Assembly (NCBI GenBank): GCA_976551045.1
Contig: CDPCPM010000074.1
Location: 12,214,001-12,278,000 of the forward strand
From: Glaucostegus cemiculus
Lineage: Eukaryota
Length of the DNA: 64,000 nucleotides
Direction: 5' to 3'
In this document: positions 1 to 14,059 of the stretch, in pieces
How positions within the stretch are numbered: position 1 is the stretch's first letter
Layout of the letters: every line of letters starts with the position of its first letter
The notes under the pieces: generated by a model
The model's input: only the letters and a program-made list of their open reading frames with translations
Database searches by the model: none
What the model was told of the DNA's origin: nothing
Position numbers and translations under genes: made by a program

Positions 1-1839
1 AAATAAATCATGCAGACCAATGCTCAGCACCCTAGCAGCAATCTTGGCAACTTCACTTTGTTCCCATCTGGTGTGGTACTTGCATTTGAACCATCAATAC
101 AAATCAAAGGATGATTTCTGAGCTACACACACTCTCTGCTAATGATATAACTGATGATGCCACTGCCCAATCCTTGCATACATGCACAACATACATAAAT
201 GAATGCCAAGCTGCTACGTGAAAGCTGACAGATCACTGGCACACCAAAACAACACTTCTGTTTCTGTACTGCTTTGGTGGAGCCTGTAGTGCTTGACAAA
301 GCAAGTAAGAGGAGTTATTGTGGTATGTTACATGCTGCACAATCTTATCATCCAATGTGGTCAGTTCTAATGACAATAAGGAGGACAAGTTCAATAAGGC
401 TACCCAAAAAAAAAACAAGTTCAATTTCCCTATTCCCACACAGCTTCTGCCACACTGGTTATCATATTTTCTGCTTGACTACAAAGCAGAAACAAAAGTC
501 ACTGAAAATATTATAAAAGTCATGCCATGTTGTCTACAAAGGTAAACTAATCATACTTAGAGATCATCCTAGGCTCTTACATAATACTACTCAGCTAGCT
601 GGTGGTGAAAGTGTGCCAATCAGCAGAGCAAAATGCAAATAGCTTTGGAGAATGATGTAAACCCACCTCACTGAATTCCTCCCCCCCATCCTCAGCAGAA
701 TTCTGCAGAAAACTGTCACTTGTTTTCATGCAGGCCACTCATACTAGTCTCATTACACACGGATCTCAAACCTGGCCTATCCTACTAAATTACAGGCAAT
801 ACCAATACTTGGGCTGATGGTTCACAAGTGTGAAATCAGGTGACAACATCTTCATTGCTATCTTTTTTCTCTTCCTCCATTTTCTGGCCAGGTTGTGTTC
901 CTTCAAAATCTGAAAAGTGTACAAGGATTTTCCAGGATAACTGTTAGCTCCTCTTTTCAAGATAATATTCTTAAAAATAACACCATCCCAGCTCCTTCTC
1001 CACCCACAAAGAAGTGAAGGACTGATGATTTCTTGTCTCTTAGATCAAAGCCATCTACTCATCAGTCTCTGTCATTTCCCTCCCTTCTCCTTTGTGACCT
1101 GGCTAGACTTCCCCAAATATTCTGGTCTGCTCAACTTCTCTAATCCTGAAATCATATTTTTTCTATATTCAATTCAAAGACATAAATTAAGAATTGAGTT
1201 ATTTAAATGTATTTAATTGTATTTACTTTTGTCACAATGTTGATTGAAGAGTAAGATCACAGGGAACCCAAAAGCAGCACACTGGTACAAGACTGGAGTC
1301 AGAATACTTCCTCAGGACCAAACACAGGCAGCAACTGGAAGGAAATCTTGCCTCAGAGATCTGAGTAGTAATCCCAACACAAACTGAATCTTCAAGCAGG
1401 AATAGAGAACACAGGACTGCTCTGGAGTAGACCACGCCAAGCAGCTAGGAGGTAAAGTATACCTGAAGGTTGACCAATCCTCTGGCAACTAGTGCCAGAG
1501 AAATCCATGTACTTATGCTAGGCCCCTGATGGGGCTCAGGTGTGTGTCATTATGCAATCAGTCCAGCATGGAATCCATGTGCTGTACAATGAGGCATCTA
1601 AGGAATCAAATCAAGGGCCAGTACTCAGAATCATGACAACTTTAAGGATTTTCATTGAAAACTATTCATTTTTCAAAATATGTCTTGTTTGAGAACATCA
1701 GAGATATGCCCAAACATTCAAGGCATTTATCAGCTTAAACAGCCACTTTAGCTGGTGGGTGTAACTTTATCAAGTCAAAGCATTTTTGTTGGACTTGTTT
1801 ATATGTTCATAATGATACAGAAGCATCTGCAGAAGCAGG

Positions 1840-2165
1840 GCCAAAGGACTGCAGATGCTGGAATCCAGATGAAAAACACTATGATGCTGGAGGAACTCAG
1901 GAGGCCAGGCAGCATCTATAGAGAAAAGCAGGCAGTCAACATTTTGGGTCAGGACCTTATTTAGGACCGAAGATAAGAAAAGGGGAAGCCCAATATATAG
2001 GAGGGAAAAGCAGACCAGTGATAGGTGGACAAAAGAGGGGAAGAGGGGAAGTGGGGAAGTGGGGTGGGCACAAGGTGGTGATAGGTAGATGCAGGTAAGA
2101 GATAATGACAGGCAGGTGCAGGGGAGAAGGGGAGAGCAGATCCACTGGGGATGGGTCAAAGGTAA
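1840..2165 (-). mobile_element. Penelope-like pseudo-LTR fragment
   Basis: ctgcagatgctggaat...ctcagga.gccaggcagcatct motif followed by a purine-rich tract; the same motif abuts GIY-YIG fragments elsewhere in the window. Confidence 0.6.
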
Positions 2166-2169
2166 GATT

Positions 2170-2510
2170 CAGAAGCAGGCCATTCAACTCATTATGTCTA
2201 TCCCATATCCCAGTGAAGCTTTTCTATTAATCCCAGTACCCTTCTCCTTATTTTGCTGTGCTCCTGCAACTATACCCTCTCACAGATCAACTCCCCTTTG
2301 ATTTTTTTTTGCCATTAAAAGGTCTACACTAAAGATCTAATTTACAAAAGCCAATTCATCTACCAGCACAACTCAGGCATGTGGAAGGAAATCAGAGTAT
2401 GCAGATGAAATCCGGATGATCCTGGAAAAATACATACTCTACAAAGTCAGCATCCCGGAAGTTAGGATCAAATCCAGGTCCCCAGAGCTGAGGCAACAGC
2501 ACTACATGTC
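2170..2510 (-). mobile_element. Old tRNA-derived V-SINE/HE1-like SINE
   Basis: Degenerate reverse complement of the SINE at 54752. Confidence 0.5.
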
Positions 2511-4299
2511 CTGATTACAATGGGAAGTTCATGCCAATCAAGTTGGATTGCACAAGGAAGTTCTTCCTAGGAGCCCACTCTCAGTATCAGGGAGATCAGT
2601 TGCTAAATGGTCAGTAAGCACTCCAAGAGAATTTCATGCCACCATTTGTTGGAAGAGATTCAGGCCATGATATTCTGAGAGGGTAGGCAAGTGCGGAAAA
2701 TCAGGTTAAACTGATGATTATGGGAATGGGGATTTTGAAATGGGGAGAGAAAAATTATGGGATGCAAGGGCATGAACCTGAGATATTGGAGGCTGGACAG
2801 AAGAGCAGTAACTGAAAAGTCAATCGCAACAAGCAGGCAACTTTTCAGCAAATAGTTAGAGGTAGATCAAGCAGCAAAATGGCTTAGTGCAAGTGGCCCA
2901 TACTGTTCAATGGCTTTGACATTGATATGTGATTTGACATAGGTGAGAGGCCAATGTGTGTTGCATAATTAAGTGTACAATAAATTTTATTTGCATTATG
3001 CCATGAAGAAATAATTTGTAATCCACATTTTCCTCAGACAAAAACAGAAAGTATTACATTTTCTGTTCTTATTTCAGTTTTCCAGCAGCTGTAGTTTTTT
3101 GATTTCCATTTTTTCTTTGTTCATTCTTAAGGTGTATGCATCACTGGTAAGGTCAGAATTTACTGTCTCAACTCTCCTCAGAAGATGATGGTAAATCACT
3201 TACCTAAATTACTGCAGTAGGTGTGCTATTGTCATGGTTTAGTTCAGCTGAGCAACTGGCATTTCAAAGACAATTAATAATTAACTACAGGGCTGTGGAT
3301 ATGGAATGCTCCGTGATGGAGATAAGGTGAAATTTTATTACCCGGAAGTTTGTGAACCATTTGAATTTTTTTTACTATAAAAGTTTTGCAATGGCTACTC
3401 ATTGACCATCTTCATGGCTAAAACAATAGGAATTTTTGAACTGAGATTCAAGGAAATAGGAATTAGGCAGAAAAGTAGAGTTTAGGAACCATTTTATTGA
3501 CTAGTGGAGTAGGGTCGGGGCTGTAGGATCACTCTTGCACCCATTTCTTGTCCTCATCTTTAATGGTTTACAGTCCTGTCCCTAGCCAATGCGTCAATAA
3601 GTACTAGCATCTTCTGTAATGATTACACAGAAATGCCTATACTTATTTCTCTGGTTACCACTTGATGGCTCTGATTTTATGCCACCTTATTTGTAAAGGG
3701 AGCAAGTGTGGCAAAAATCATAAAGTTTCATGGAATTTTTTTTTAATGTGGTACCTTGATTGGTTGAAAAACCTGTGCAAAGAGGATGTGAGCATTGCAA
3801 CAGTGCTAAGTTGAGAGGTTATGCTGGGTGTATGTTAGGCATGTGCTGAATGGAAAAGGTAGGTAGTGACAGGAAGTCGCTAGCGTCATAGCGACTTCCC
3901 TACAGGAAGTTAGGTAGTGTCCATGGCAAAATGGACAGTTGGTAGCATGTGATTCAGTGACAATAGGCACTTACATTTGAATAAAGATGCTGAGTAGCTG
4001 CAAGCTAGTGATGCAAGTTAGCTTTAAGCTATGTAATCTAGATTTAATTGCTGACAGTTGTTTTTGTAACTTCCTTATTCACTCTCTAAAATACTACAAA
4101 TAGTCTACAACAAAGATACTTTATTTATAATATGATTAACAAACAGTCAAACAGTCTCTCCAGAACCTTCTGTCCCTAAATACTGATGACCTTCAACTAG
4201 TCTTAAAAGACATGAAAGACTCAATTGTCTCATAGGTAATATCACGCTGTGGATAATTGAATTCCCTCTGTAATAGTAATACAAAAATCCACAATACAT

Positions 4300-6880
4300 C
4301 CAAATAACTGTCCTATCTCTATGTGATCTACTTTGGCATAACCTCCTCAAGTTACTTAGGTTAATGGGCCATCTTACCCCCATTTGGTTGCAGTTCTCCA
4401 GGAACCTGATGTTCGGCTATGGTGTTCTCAGTTCTGCAAAATGAGTGGTGATTTCAGTATCTCCAATGCTGCTTCAGTTAAATCTCTTGTGTTCATTTTG
4501 AGATGGTACCTGTTCTTCTGATATGTGATGACCTCATGCAGTCTGGGATTTAGTGTCTTAGAGAAATACAGCACAGAAACAGGCCTTTCAGTCCACTGAG
4601 TCCACACTGAACATCAAGCACTCATTTTTACATTAATCCTTCTCTTCCCTATTTTATTCTCCCCATGTTCCCATCAAGTCTTCCCAAGACTATACTACAT
4701 ATCTACACACCAGGAGACAATTTACAGTGGTCAACTAACCTAGCAACCTGCATATCCAGAGCAAACTCACACAGTCAGAAAGAGAATAGTATTTTCCACA
4801 CTGATAACACCAGATCATTGGACCTGTGAGGCACCAGCTCAACCAGTTGCATCACCATGTCACCCCGGCTGTTCCAATTTATCATTGCTTTCTGCCATAT
4901 TTAATCTAGGTTTGATGTAGACTTCAGCCCTTCGTCTCCAACTCTGAGCAGTGCTAATTCTTTGACATTTTGGTGGTAGTACATATCCATCTTCTTTTAG
5001 TCACTTTCAATTGTCTTCCTACACTTTTTTGCATTATCAGTTACAGCAATCATTGTTATTATGAGTAGAAACACTTTATTTCTACTCCCAAGTCTCGGCA
5101 CAGGACTGCTCATCACCCTTGATGTATTGTAGATGGCAAGAATGCTAAAGTAGGGGTCTGTCTGTGATGATTTATGATTTTTCAGTAGTTTCTTGGTAAC
5201 ATTCACAGTGCTTTTTTTGCTTTTCATTAATCTGGAAGGTGAGGTAATGTTGTCTGGTGACCAAACTGCTGTCCTTTAGGAACCTCATAAATTACCTGAA
5301 TTATGGCTTATTATCCACGATAAGCACCTTGGGCATATCAAATTTGGAAAACTCTCCTCTGAGCTTGCAACTGATCAATAAGTGAGTGTTTTCAAAGAAC
5401 TCTATCTCCAAGATAAAAATCAATTGTCATTAGATATATTTTCCCCACTTAAATGGAAAGGTTCTGTCCCAACTTTCACTTAGAATCTCGATGTGATGAT
5501 GACAGTGAAACAGTTCCTTTGCTTGGTTCCTTTCTAGAAATCTGCAGGTCTCGCTTTTCCACATTTGTGTTCATTGGTGGCCATCAGTGCTTTTTCCTCA
5601 CTATGTGAAGGCTAGTATTCACTTCCAGATATGAGTGAAAGTCTTTTATTGTTTTGTTCCTTCATAGCTTGGCAATGATTAACCTTTTCTCTTTGAAGTT
5701 CAGATCATTTTCATTGCCCAGTTCGCCTCTCATGTGTAAGTATGATCATTTTATGTCAGTATCGATTTTCATCCTATCTGAATCACTAACTTTAAGTGAT
5801 GCATCATATTATCTTGTCTGGGAACATCTTCAATCTCTTATATCATTGACTGAAAGACTGAAATATGATTTGACATGTTGATTGTCTCAGGTTCAGTATC
5901 CTCAGCATTTCTAGTGTCCCTGTGATAGCTGGCATGCATAATTGAACTTAAATGCATGAATTTGGTTAGACATTTATATAATCAGCTTGCATCCACACAA
6001 GCATTTTCTGCAACCTCTGGTGTGCCATGGAAGGGTTTAACAGCACAACAAAGGTTTATGACCACTTTGCACAAATAAATTTCTCCTGCAGGTATCTTCA
6101 GTCCAGAGATCACAACTCCTTCATCATTTTTAGTCTTCCTTGATGTTAGGGATTTCCATTCATGACACTGCTAATAATATAAAATCAATATATACTCTTT
6201 CAGTAGCCTCCAATATTTTTGTTCTGCTCTGATTGGTTGCTGTTTTGATTACATTTGTTGTGGATTATTGCTTATTCACATACAGTCACTCCAGAGTACA
6301 TATAGTGATGGAAAAAAATCTGCTGAGAGCCCTTCCCAAAACATCTGATAATTTCAGATCCTTCAGTAAATTTTCACAAACATCTCAAAAAAAGTCTTCA
6401 AAATGTAATTATGAAGGAATATCATCCAGAACATTTTCAGTACAATTTGGGGTACAACAAGTCTTTTCAATTTCCTCTTTATTCCTTGTATACGCTGTGC
6501 ACCAATTTGGAAAGCCAGCTGATAATCATCTGCACTAACAATGCAAATAGTATCTGGAATGTTCAAGACACCAATTGGCTGCTAGGTTTTGATTTCAGCA
6601 TTGGTCCATCCCATATCAGGCACAAACCAGCCACATACTGAGTACTCTGGACAGAAATTAACCATAATTTGTCACTACAGCAGAACCGCAATAGTGTCCT
6701 TGCAAAACAGTTGAAATCATAAAACATTTGGGATACATACTGTAGCCCACATTGACTTCACCATCTGAGTTTCTCGGGAAAGCAGCTGGAACAAAATAGC
6801 CATTCAAAGCAAACACCCAAGTTATAGTTCCAACAATTAATTCTGCTGATTTCAAGCAAGCCAGAAAGGAGCTGACTTTG
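4300..6880 (-). mobile_element. Degenerate Gypsy/Ty3 LTR-retrotransposon pol remnant (RNase H to integrase)
   Basis: Minus-strand fragments HKPL, FSKFDMPKVLIVDNKP (cf. F.R.GIP..L.SDNGP) and DPYFSILAIYNT...SSP.PRL (cf. DPYLALL.YRNTP..SPAQ.L); many stops. Confidence 0.6.
4560..4860 (-). mobile_element. Old HE1/V-SINE nested in the Gypsy remnant
   Basis: tacagcacagaaacaggccttt CR1-type tail plus degenerate core and tRNA head. Confidence 0.55.
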
Positions 6881-6904
6881 CTCAATTGAAAAAAATATTT
6901 TAAA

Positions 6905-7120
6905 CCTGCAGATACTGGAAACCTGAAATGAAAACAGAAAATATTGGAAATAGCAGACCAGGCAGTATCTATGGAGATAGAAACAGTATTAAAGTTTCAG
7001 GTTGAAGACCTTCCCTCAGAAATGGGAAAATAGAGAAAAACAATTTAATTTTATGTTACAGAGAAGTTGGGGCAGAGATATATAGGATCAAAGGGAAGAT
7101 CTGTGATAGGGCAAGGCCAG
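6905..7120 (-). mobile_element. Penelope-like pseudo-LTR fragment with degenerate hammerhead motif
   Basis: Shared pLTR motif; minus strand reads ctgaggg-aaggt-cttca-acct-gaaac. Confidence 0.6.
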
Positions 7121-8114
7121 GGTTGTTGTGGTTTTCATAATTCATATTCAACAGTGCAAAACTGTTGCAATGCAAAAATCAAACACCAATGTGTCCAGCT
7201 AACTATTTATTGTTTATTGCGACTTCTAGCCTACCGCAAATGCCTCTTCATAAATTAGTAGCCTACTTTACTTTTGACTACTCAATGTGTTATTTCTAAT
7301 GGACTTATCTAATAAGAAGTGTTTAATGTTGAAGACCTTAGGATTACTCAGCCAATTCTAGCAACATCTTTCTTTATTCAAAATATGCCCTCTTATAGAA
7401 CCAAAAGTTGAAGGCAGTTTACTTAGTTCTCAATGAGTGCATTTTTAAAATTAGGAATTACTCCCTGCCCTTGCATTACATTTGACAATGGCTTATGCAC
7501 ACTGGTAAATAAAATTATGTACTGAAGAATTTAAGAATATTTTGATTTATTACATTATGAAGTAACAGAGTTTCCCACCAAAGGTTTGCATTCTTAATCA
7601 CTTGTCATAAAAGAGCAACTACTCCATCTACTGTACAGGATTGGTAGAAAAGGTGTGGTTTTTAATCAGACGCATTTGACCAGAGGTATTGGATGGTGCG
7701 GAGAGACAACCTATGCAATCTTTAGTGTGCCGACTTTATATCCTTTCTTGAAATCAACTTTTTAACTATTATATAACCATCTCCTCTCCATGGAAAATAA
7801 TTATCATTGGAAGTTACCTGTTGAAGAATGGAAAATCATCTGCTCTCAATGTACTTAAATGACTTACAGCAGGTTAACAAGACTGGAATTGTGATTAGCA
7901 CCTTCCTTCCCATCAAACTATGTTGTAAAGATTAAAAATTTCCTCCCCTTACAATACTCTTCCATTATTCCCTTATGTCATAAGGGGGCAGATACCAAGA
8001 CTGACTTAGTGATTTTCATAGACTTTTATTTCCATAATGTTATGTTTGATTTTGTGTTCTGGATTCTAGTTAGTGCCAAGTCTATTAGGCCAATGAAACA
8101 CTCAGATTCTACAC

Positions 8115-9220
8115 AGATCAGCTGGCAGGGGTATTTGCAGACATTTTCAACCTCTCCCTACTAAATCTGAGGTTCTCACCTGCATTAAGAAGACCGCTAT
8201 CATCCTGGTACCTAAGAAAAATAAGGTAATGTGCCTTATTGACTACTGCCCAGTGGCTCTGACCTCCACCATCACAAAGTGCTTCAAGAGGCTGGTCATG
8301 GCACACATCATTTCCAACCTCCCAGACAACCTTGACCCATTGCAATTTGCCTACTGCCAAAACAGGTCTATGGCAGATACCATCTCCCTAGCCCTACACT
8401 TATTTCTGGAGCATCTGGACAGTAAAGACACCTACGTTAGACTATTGTTTATTGACTACAGCTTTGCGTTCAATACTATCATTCCAAACTCATCTCCAAA
8501 CTCCTACATGTGGGACTTAACACCCCCTCTTGCAACTACATCCTTGACTTTGTGACCTACAGACCACAATCAGTAAGGATAGGTGGCAACACCTCTGCCA
8601 TGATTATCCTCAACACTGATGCCCCACAAGGCTGTGTCCTCAGCCCCCTACTCTACTCCCTATACATTCATGACTGCGTGGCCAGATTCTGCTCTAACTC
8701 CATCTACAAGTTTGCAGATAACATCACCATGGTGGGCCAAATCTCAAATAATGATGACCTGGAGTACAGGAAGGAGAGCCTAGTGGCATGGTGTCATGAC
8801 AACAACCTTTTCCTCCATGTCAGCAAAATGAAGTTCCTAGGAATGAACATCACCAATAGCCTGTCCTGGTCCAACCGCGGCCAAGAAAGCGCACCAGCAC
8901 CTCTACTTCTTCTGGAGGCGAAAGAAGTTTGGCACATCCCCTTTGACCCTCACCAACTTTTATGATGCACCATAGAAAGCATCCTATCCTGCTGCATCAT
9001 GGCTTGGTTTGTCAACTGCTCTGCCTGAGACCACAAGGAACTACAGAGTCATGGACATAGCTCAGCATATCACAGGAACCAGCCTCCCCTCCATGGACTC
9101 TGTCTACACTTCTCCCCCTCCCGTCAGGCATAAGATACAAAAGCCTGAAAGCACACACTGCCAGGCTCCAGGACAGATTCTATTCCACTGTTATAAGACT
9201 CTTGAACAGTCCTCTTGCTA
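8115..9220 (+). mobile_element. Rex1/Babar-clade LINE, 5'-truncated and internally deleted
   Basis: ORF fragments [30 protein letters not shown]. Confidence 0.85.
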
Positions 9221-9442
9221 GGCTAGTAAGCCAAACCAGCCCAGACTAGGCCAGATCAGGTGATAACAACTGGCTTCAATTTCTGAAAGGAATTTAGGAA
9301 CCTGCTGGATGTTGATATGTTGAGAACATTTTGAAAGCTTCATGTTCACTGTTACAGACTCTAGTTTTTTTTTGATTTTTAGGATATTCAAATTTGAAAT
9401 TTGAAATCCTTCCACAGCAATTAGAGGATTTGAATTCATTGA

Positions 9443-9840
9443 ACATAGAACAGTACAGCACAATAGAGGCCCTTTGGCCCACCATGTTGTGCCAACCTTT
9501 AAACTACGCCTAAGAGTATCTAACCTCTTCCTCCCACATATCCCTCTATCTTAAATTCCTCCATATGCTTATCTAACAATCCACCACCACCCAGGCAACA
9601 CATTCCATGCGCCCACCACTCTCTGGGTGAAAAACCTCCCTCTGACATTTCCCTTGAACTTCCCACCCATTACCTTAAAGCTGTGCCCTCTTGTATTAAG
9701 CATTGGTGTCCTGGGAAAGAGGCGCTGGCTGTCTACTCTATCTATTTCTCTTAATATTTTGTATACCTCTGTCACATCTCCCCTTATCCTCCTTCTCTCC
9801 AATGCGTAAAGCCCTAGCTCCTTTAGTCTCTCCTCATAAT
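9443..9840 (-). mobile_element. CR1 LINE 3' fragment
   Basis: RRRIRGDVTEVYKI...TRGHSFKV...FFTQRVV; (ttctatg)n tail. Confidence 0.85.
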
Positions 9841-9899
9841 TCCAATCAGGAAATCCTTGAAACTCCCTCTCATAATGCTATCCGGTATGAAAAAAAAAG

Positions 9900-10712
9900 T
9901 TAAGTGAGTGGGCAGAGACATGGCAGATGTGATAAAAATGTGGAATAATGCAAGATCATTCACTTTCACAAAAAAAAAGCAGAGATTTTTTAAAAATGAT
10001 AGATGGAAAAGAGTTGTTATTCAGAGACAATTAGATGTCCTTTTACACAAATCATTGAGAGTGAACATGCAGGTACAGTGAGGAATTGAAAAAACAAATG
10101 GTAAATTGGCCTTATTGCAAGAGCATTTGAGTACAAGAGTAAAGACAATTTACCGCAATTATTTAGACCACTGATGATCCTGCATCTGGAATATTGGGTG
10201 CAGGTATGGTCTCCCAACCCAAGGGAGAGTGTAATATTTGCAATAATATCCTTGCAATAAATGTTCAACCAATTGATTACTGAGATTCCAACGATGAGAG
10301 ATTGCCTTATGATTAAACAGACTGGTCCTATAGTCTTTAGAATTTAACAAATTGAGGGATGATCTCATTGAAACTTACAAAATTCTTGCATGGCTTGGCA
10401 GGATAGATGTAGGGATAGTATTTCTCCTGGTTGTGGCGTCTAGAGGTCACCTTCTAGAGGAACCAGGGCTTAGAGTCTCAAAATAATGCATCAGCTATTC
10501 AGGAACTGAAATTTCTTAACCCATAGGGCAGAGAATCTCTAGAATTTTGTATTTTCAAAGGTTGTTTTGGATATTAATGGAACCAAGAAATATGGGGCTA
10601 GAACAGTAAAGTGGCACAGGGGCAAAATTATCTAATGAAGGACTGAGCAGACACAGGGGGTGGGGAAATGGCCTGTTCCAGTTTTCATTTCTTTTATGTT
10701 CTTATGTTCTTA
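9900..10712 (+). mobile_element. Old CR1 LINE 3' fragment
   Basis: Degenerate HLEY.VQVWSP and GDLIETYKI; tail ttatgttcttatgttctt. Confidence 0.7.
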
Positions 10713-12660
10713 TTATTTATTTAGACATTGCTACCAAAGTAATAAGTGAATAGTATTATACAAATTATTCTAGGTTTCCTACCCTATTCGATTCCACTGC
10801 CACCCAACATATTCCCATGTGTCTGTTGATGTTTCAGGTTATCTGAATAATTTATAATCTGCCTCCCTGCTTCCCATCTATTTTCTACTTGGCTAGCCCA
10901 GTTAAGGAGATTTATGCCCACTCATTTAAGAAGCAGCATACTTAATTCATATAATCTATAAACTGAGCATTGGGATCATCTGTAGGCTGCAAGATTTGAG
11001 GTTCAGATGTCAAGCCAAAAATTGAAAGACACTGCATTTCAAGAAAAGTAATTGCTTTTCCCTCTGGTTACAGAGGGAGGTGCTACAGCAAGTGTCCAAC
11101 ACCAGACTGATATACCTGCCAGTTATTTGTTTGACAGCCTGTCCTTAGACCAACATATTGGGATTCATAGTCTTTAACTATTGACCCAGAGCCATAAGTA
11201 CATATCCTAACATGGCAACTGAGGAATTTTAATTAAATTAATCTATGAGCATCTACTGTGGTGAACATGAAAGTATCTGACCTGATGATCAGGTAATAAA
11301 GATCCTTGAGGGGAAAAAGCTCAGCCTTATTTGACTTGTTGCATGTGACTCCACTGCATACTAATAAAATTTAATTTGAACACCCACTGTTCATTTGTAC
11401 TTACAGCTAACAATCCTGCTCAGATTGCAATGTCAATATTAGCCTCGTTCCTCCAAAATTGGCATTATATTCAAATGTAAGAATTTGGGATTTTTTATGA
11501 TGATCTTAGGTGTCACATCCAGCACAGTATCATCATTTTTTAAAGCCTTTGTTGAATATATTAATATACTGTTTATTTGTTTGGTCATCTGTGCACTATC
11601 CTCCTCAAGAATAATAATCCAACCCTTAACCTATAGAGCGCACTTGTGCAAATTTCTTATTCCTAAATTCTTACAAAAAATGAGTTAATCTAATTGGTAT
11701 TGGTTTATTATTGTCACTTGTACCGAGGTACAGTGAAAAGCTTGTCTTACAAACTGATCGTACAGGTCAATTCATTACACAGTGCAGTTACATTGAGTCA
11801 GTACAGACTGCACTGATGTAGTACAGGTAAAAACAATAACAGTGCAGAGTAAAGTGTCACAGATACAGAGAAAGGGCAGTGCAATAAGGTGCGAGGTCAC
11901 AACAAGGTAGATCGTGAGGTCATAGTCCATCTCATTGTATAAGGGAACTGTTCAATAGTCTTATCACAGTGGGGTAGAAGCTGTCCTTAAATCTGGTGGT
12001 ATGTGCCTTCAGGCTCCTGCATCTTCTACCCGATGGAAGAGAAGAGAAGAGAGAATGTCCCGGGTGGGTGGTGTCTTTGATTATGCTGGCTGCTTCACCA
12101 AGACAGCGAGAGGTAAAGACAGAGTCCAAGGAGGGGAGGCTGGTGTCCGTAATGTGCTGGGCTGTTTACACAACTCTTTGCCGTTTCTTGCAGTCCTGGG
12201 CAGAGCTGTTGCCACACCAAGCTGTGGTACATCCAGATAGGATGCTTTCTATGGTGCATCGGTAAAAGTTGGTGAGAGTCAAAGGGGATAAACCAAATTT
12301 CTTTGGCCTCCTGAGGAAGTAGAGGCGCTGGTGAGCTTTCTTGGCATTGGCTTCTGCGTGATTTGACCAGGACAGGCTGTTGGTGATGTTCACGTCTAGG
12401 AACTTGAAGTTCTCAACCCTCTTAACCTCAACACCATTGATGTAGACAAGTGCATGTACACTGCCCCCTTTCCTGAAGTCAATGACCAGCTCTTTTGTTT
12501 TATTGACATTGAGGGCAAGGTTGTTGTCATGACATAATTCCACTAAGTTCCCTATCTGCTTCCTGTACTCCAACTCATCGCTGTTTGAGATACGGCCTAC
12601 AATGGTGGTATCATCTGCAAACTCGTAGATGGAGTTAGAGCAGAATCTGGCCACACAGTC

Positions 12661-13537
12661 AATAGACAATAGGAGCAGAAGTAGACCATTCGGCCCTTCG
12701 AGTCTGCTCCGCCATTTTGAGATCATGGCTGATCCTCAACACTCAATATCCCGTTCCTGCCTTGTCCCCATATCCCTTGATTCCCCTATCTATAAGAAAC
12801 CTATCTAGCTCCTTCTTGAAAGTGCCCAGAGAATTGGCCTCCACTGCCCTCTGAGGCAGTGCATTCCACAAACTCACAACCCTCTGGGAGAAGAAGTTTT
12901 TCCTCACTTCTGTCCTAAATGGCCTACCCCTTATTCTTAAATCATGCCCTCTGGTCCTGGACTTCGCCAACATCTGGAACGTATTTCCTGTCTCTATCTT
13001 GTCCAATCCCTTAACAATCTTGTATGTTTCAATCAGAATCAGAATCAGAATCAGTTTTATTGTCACAACCATATACATACATAGTATGCATAGGAGCGAG
13101 ATACCGTCCTCCTCAGGTGCTCGTCCCATAAAATAACATAACAACCAACAGAGACACACATACACACTTGACAGAATACACATTACAAAACATTAAACAT
13201 TAAAAGCTACGGAAGTTAAAATTAAATTAGTACGCAGATTAAATTAAAAATGGCTGGTAAATAAATAAATAGTTATTAAAGTGAATGGGCTGGTGTCGGG
13301 CATTTAAAGTGCTGGTGCATTTCTGTGCACCTAGCATCTCTCAAAGCACTTCATAGTGGTGAATCCCCTCTCAATCTTCTCAATTCCAGCGTGTACAATC
13401 CCAGTCTATCCAACCTCTCTGCATAAGACAGTCCCGACATCCCCGGAATTAACCTCGTAAACCTACGCTGCACGCCCTCTATAGCCAGGATATCCTTCCT
13501 TAACCCCGGAGACCAAAACTGTGCACAATACTCCAGG
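12661..13537 (-). mobile_element. Young CR1 3' fragment nested in Rex1, itself interrupted at ~13031-13361
   Basis: IETYKIVKGLD...FFSQRVVSLWNALP; (attgtct) tail; AGTC at both flanks. Confidence 0.88.
13031..13361 (-). mobile_element. Short LINE 3'-UTR insertion with (tctgat)n tail
   Basis: aatcagaatcagaatcagaatcag-ttttattgtcac start, typical of Rex1-like 3' ends; splits the CR1 sequence at tcaatcag|atcccctctc. Confidence 0.65.
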
Positions 13538-14059
13538 AGTCATGAGTGTACAGGAAGTAGAGGGCTGAGGACGTAGCCTTGTGGGGCACCAGTGTTGAGA
13601 ATAATCATGCCTGAGGTATTGCTGCCTATCCTCACTGATTACAGTCTGTTTGTTACAAAGCCAAGGATCCAATTACAGAGGGAGGTGTTGAGTCCTAGGT
13701 CTCAGAGTTTGGCTTACTTGGGATTATTGTATTGTAGGCAGAGCTGTACAATGATCTACTGTAGGTGTCTTTACTGTCCAGATGCTCCCGAGCTGAGTGT
13801 AGGGCCAAAGGAGATGGCATCTGCTGTACACCTGTTTCGGCGATAGGTGAATTGCAATGGGTCCAAGTCGCCTGGTAGGCTAGAGTTGGTGTGTGCCATG
13901 ACCAACCTCTCAAAGCACTTCATAGTGGTGGATGTCAGAATCACTGGTCAGTAGTCATTGAGACATGTTACTTTGCTTTTCTTCAGTACCAGGATGATGA
14001 TGGTCTTCTTAAAACAGGTGGGTTTTTGTTATCTAGTGCCTTGTTTAATTTTCCACTTT

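Larger units (their letters stand above)
11695..13995 (-). mobile_element. Rex1/Babar LINE interrupted by nested insertions at 12661-13537
   Basis: [19 protein letters not shown] and NFYRCTIESIL; (ccaata)n tail at 11695; element resumes at 13538. Confidence 0.88.
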
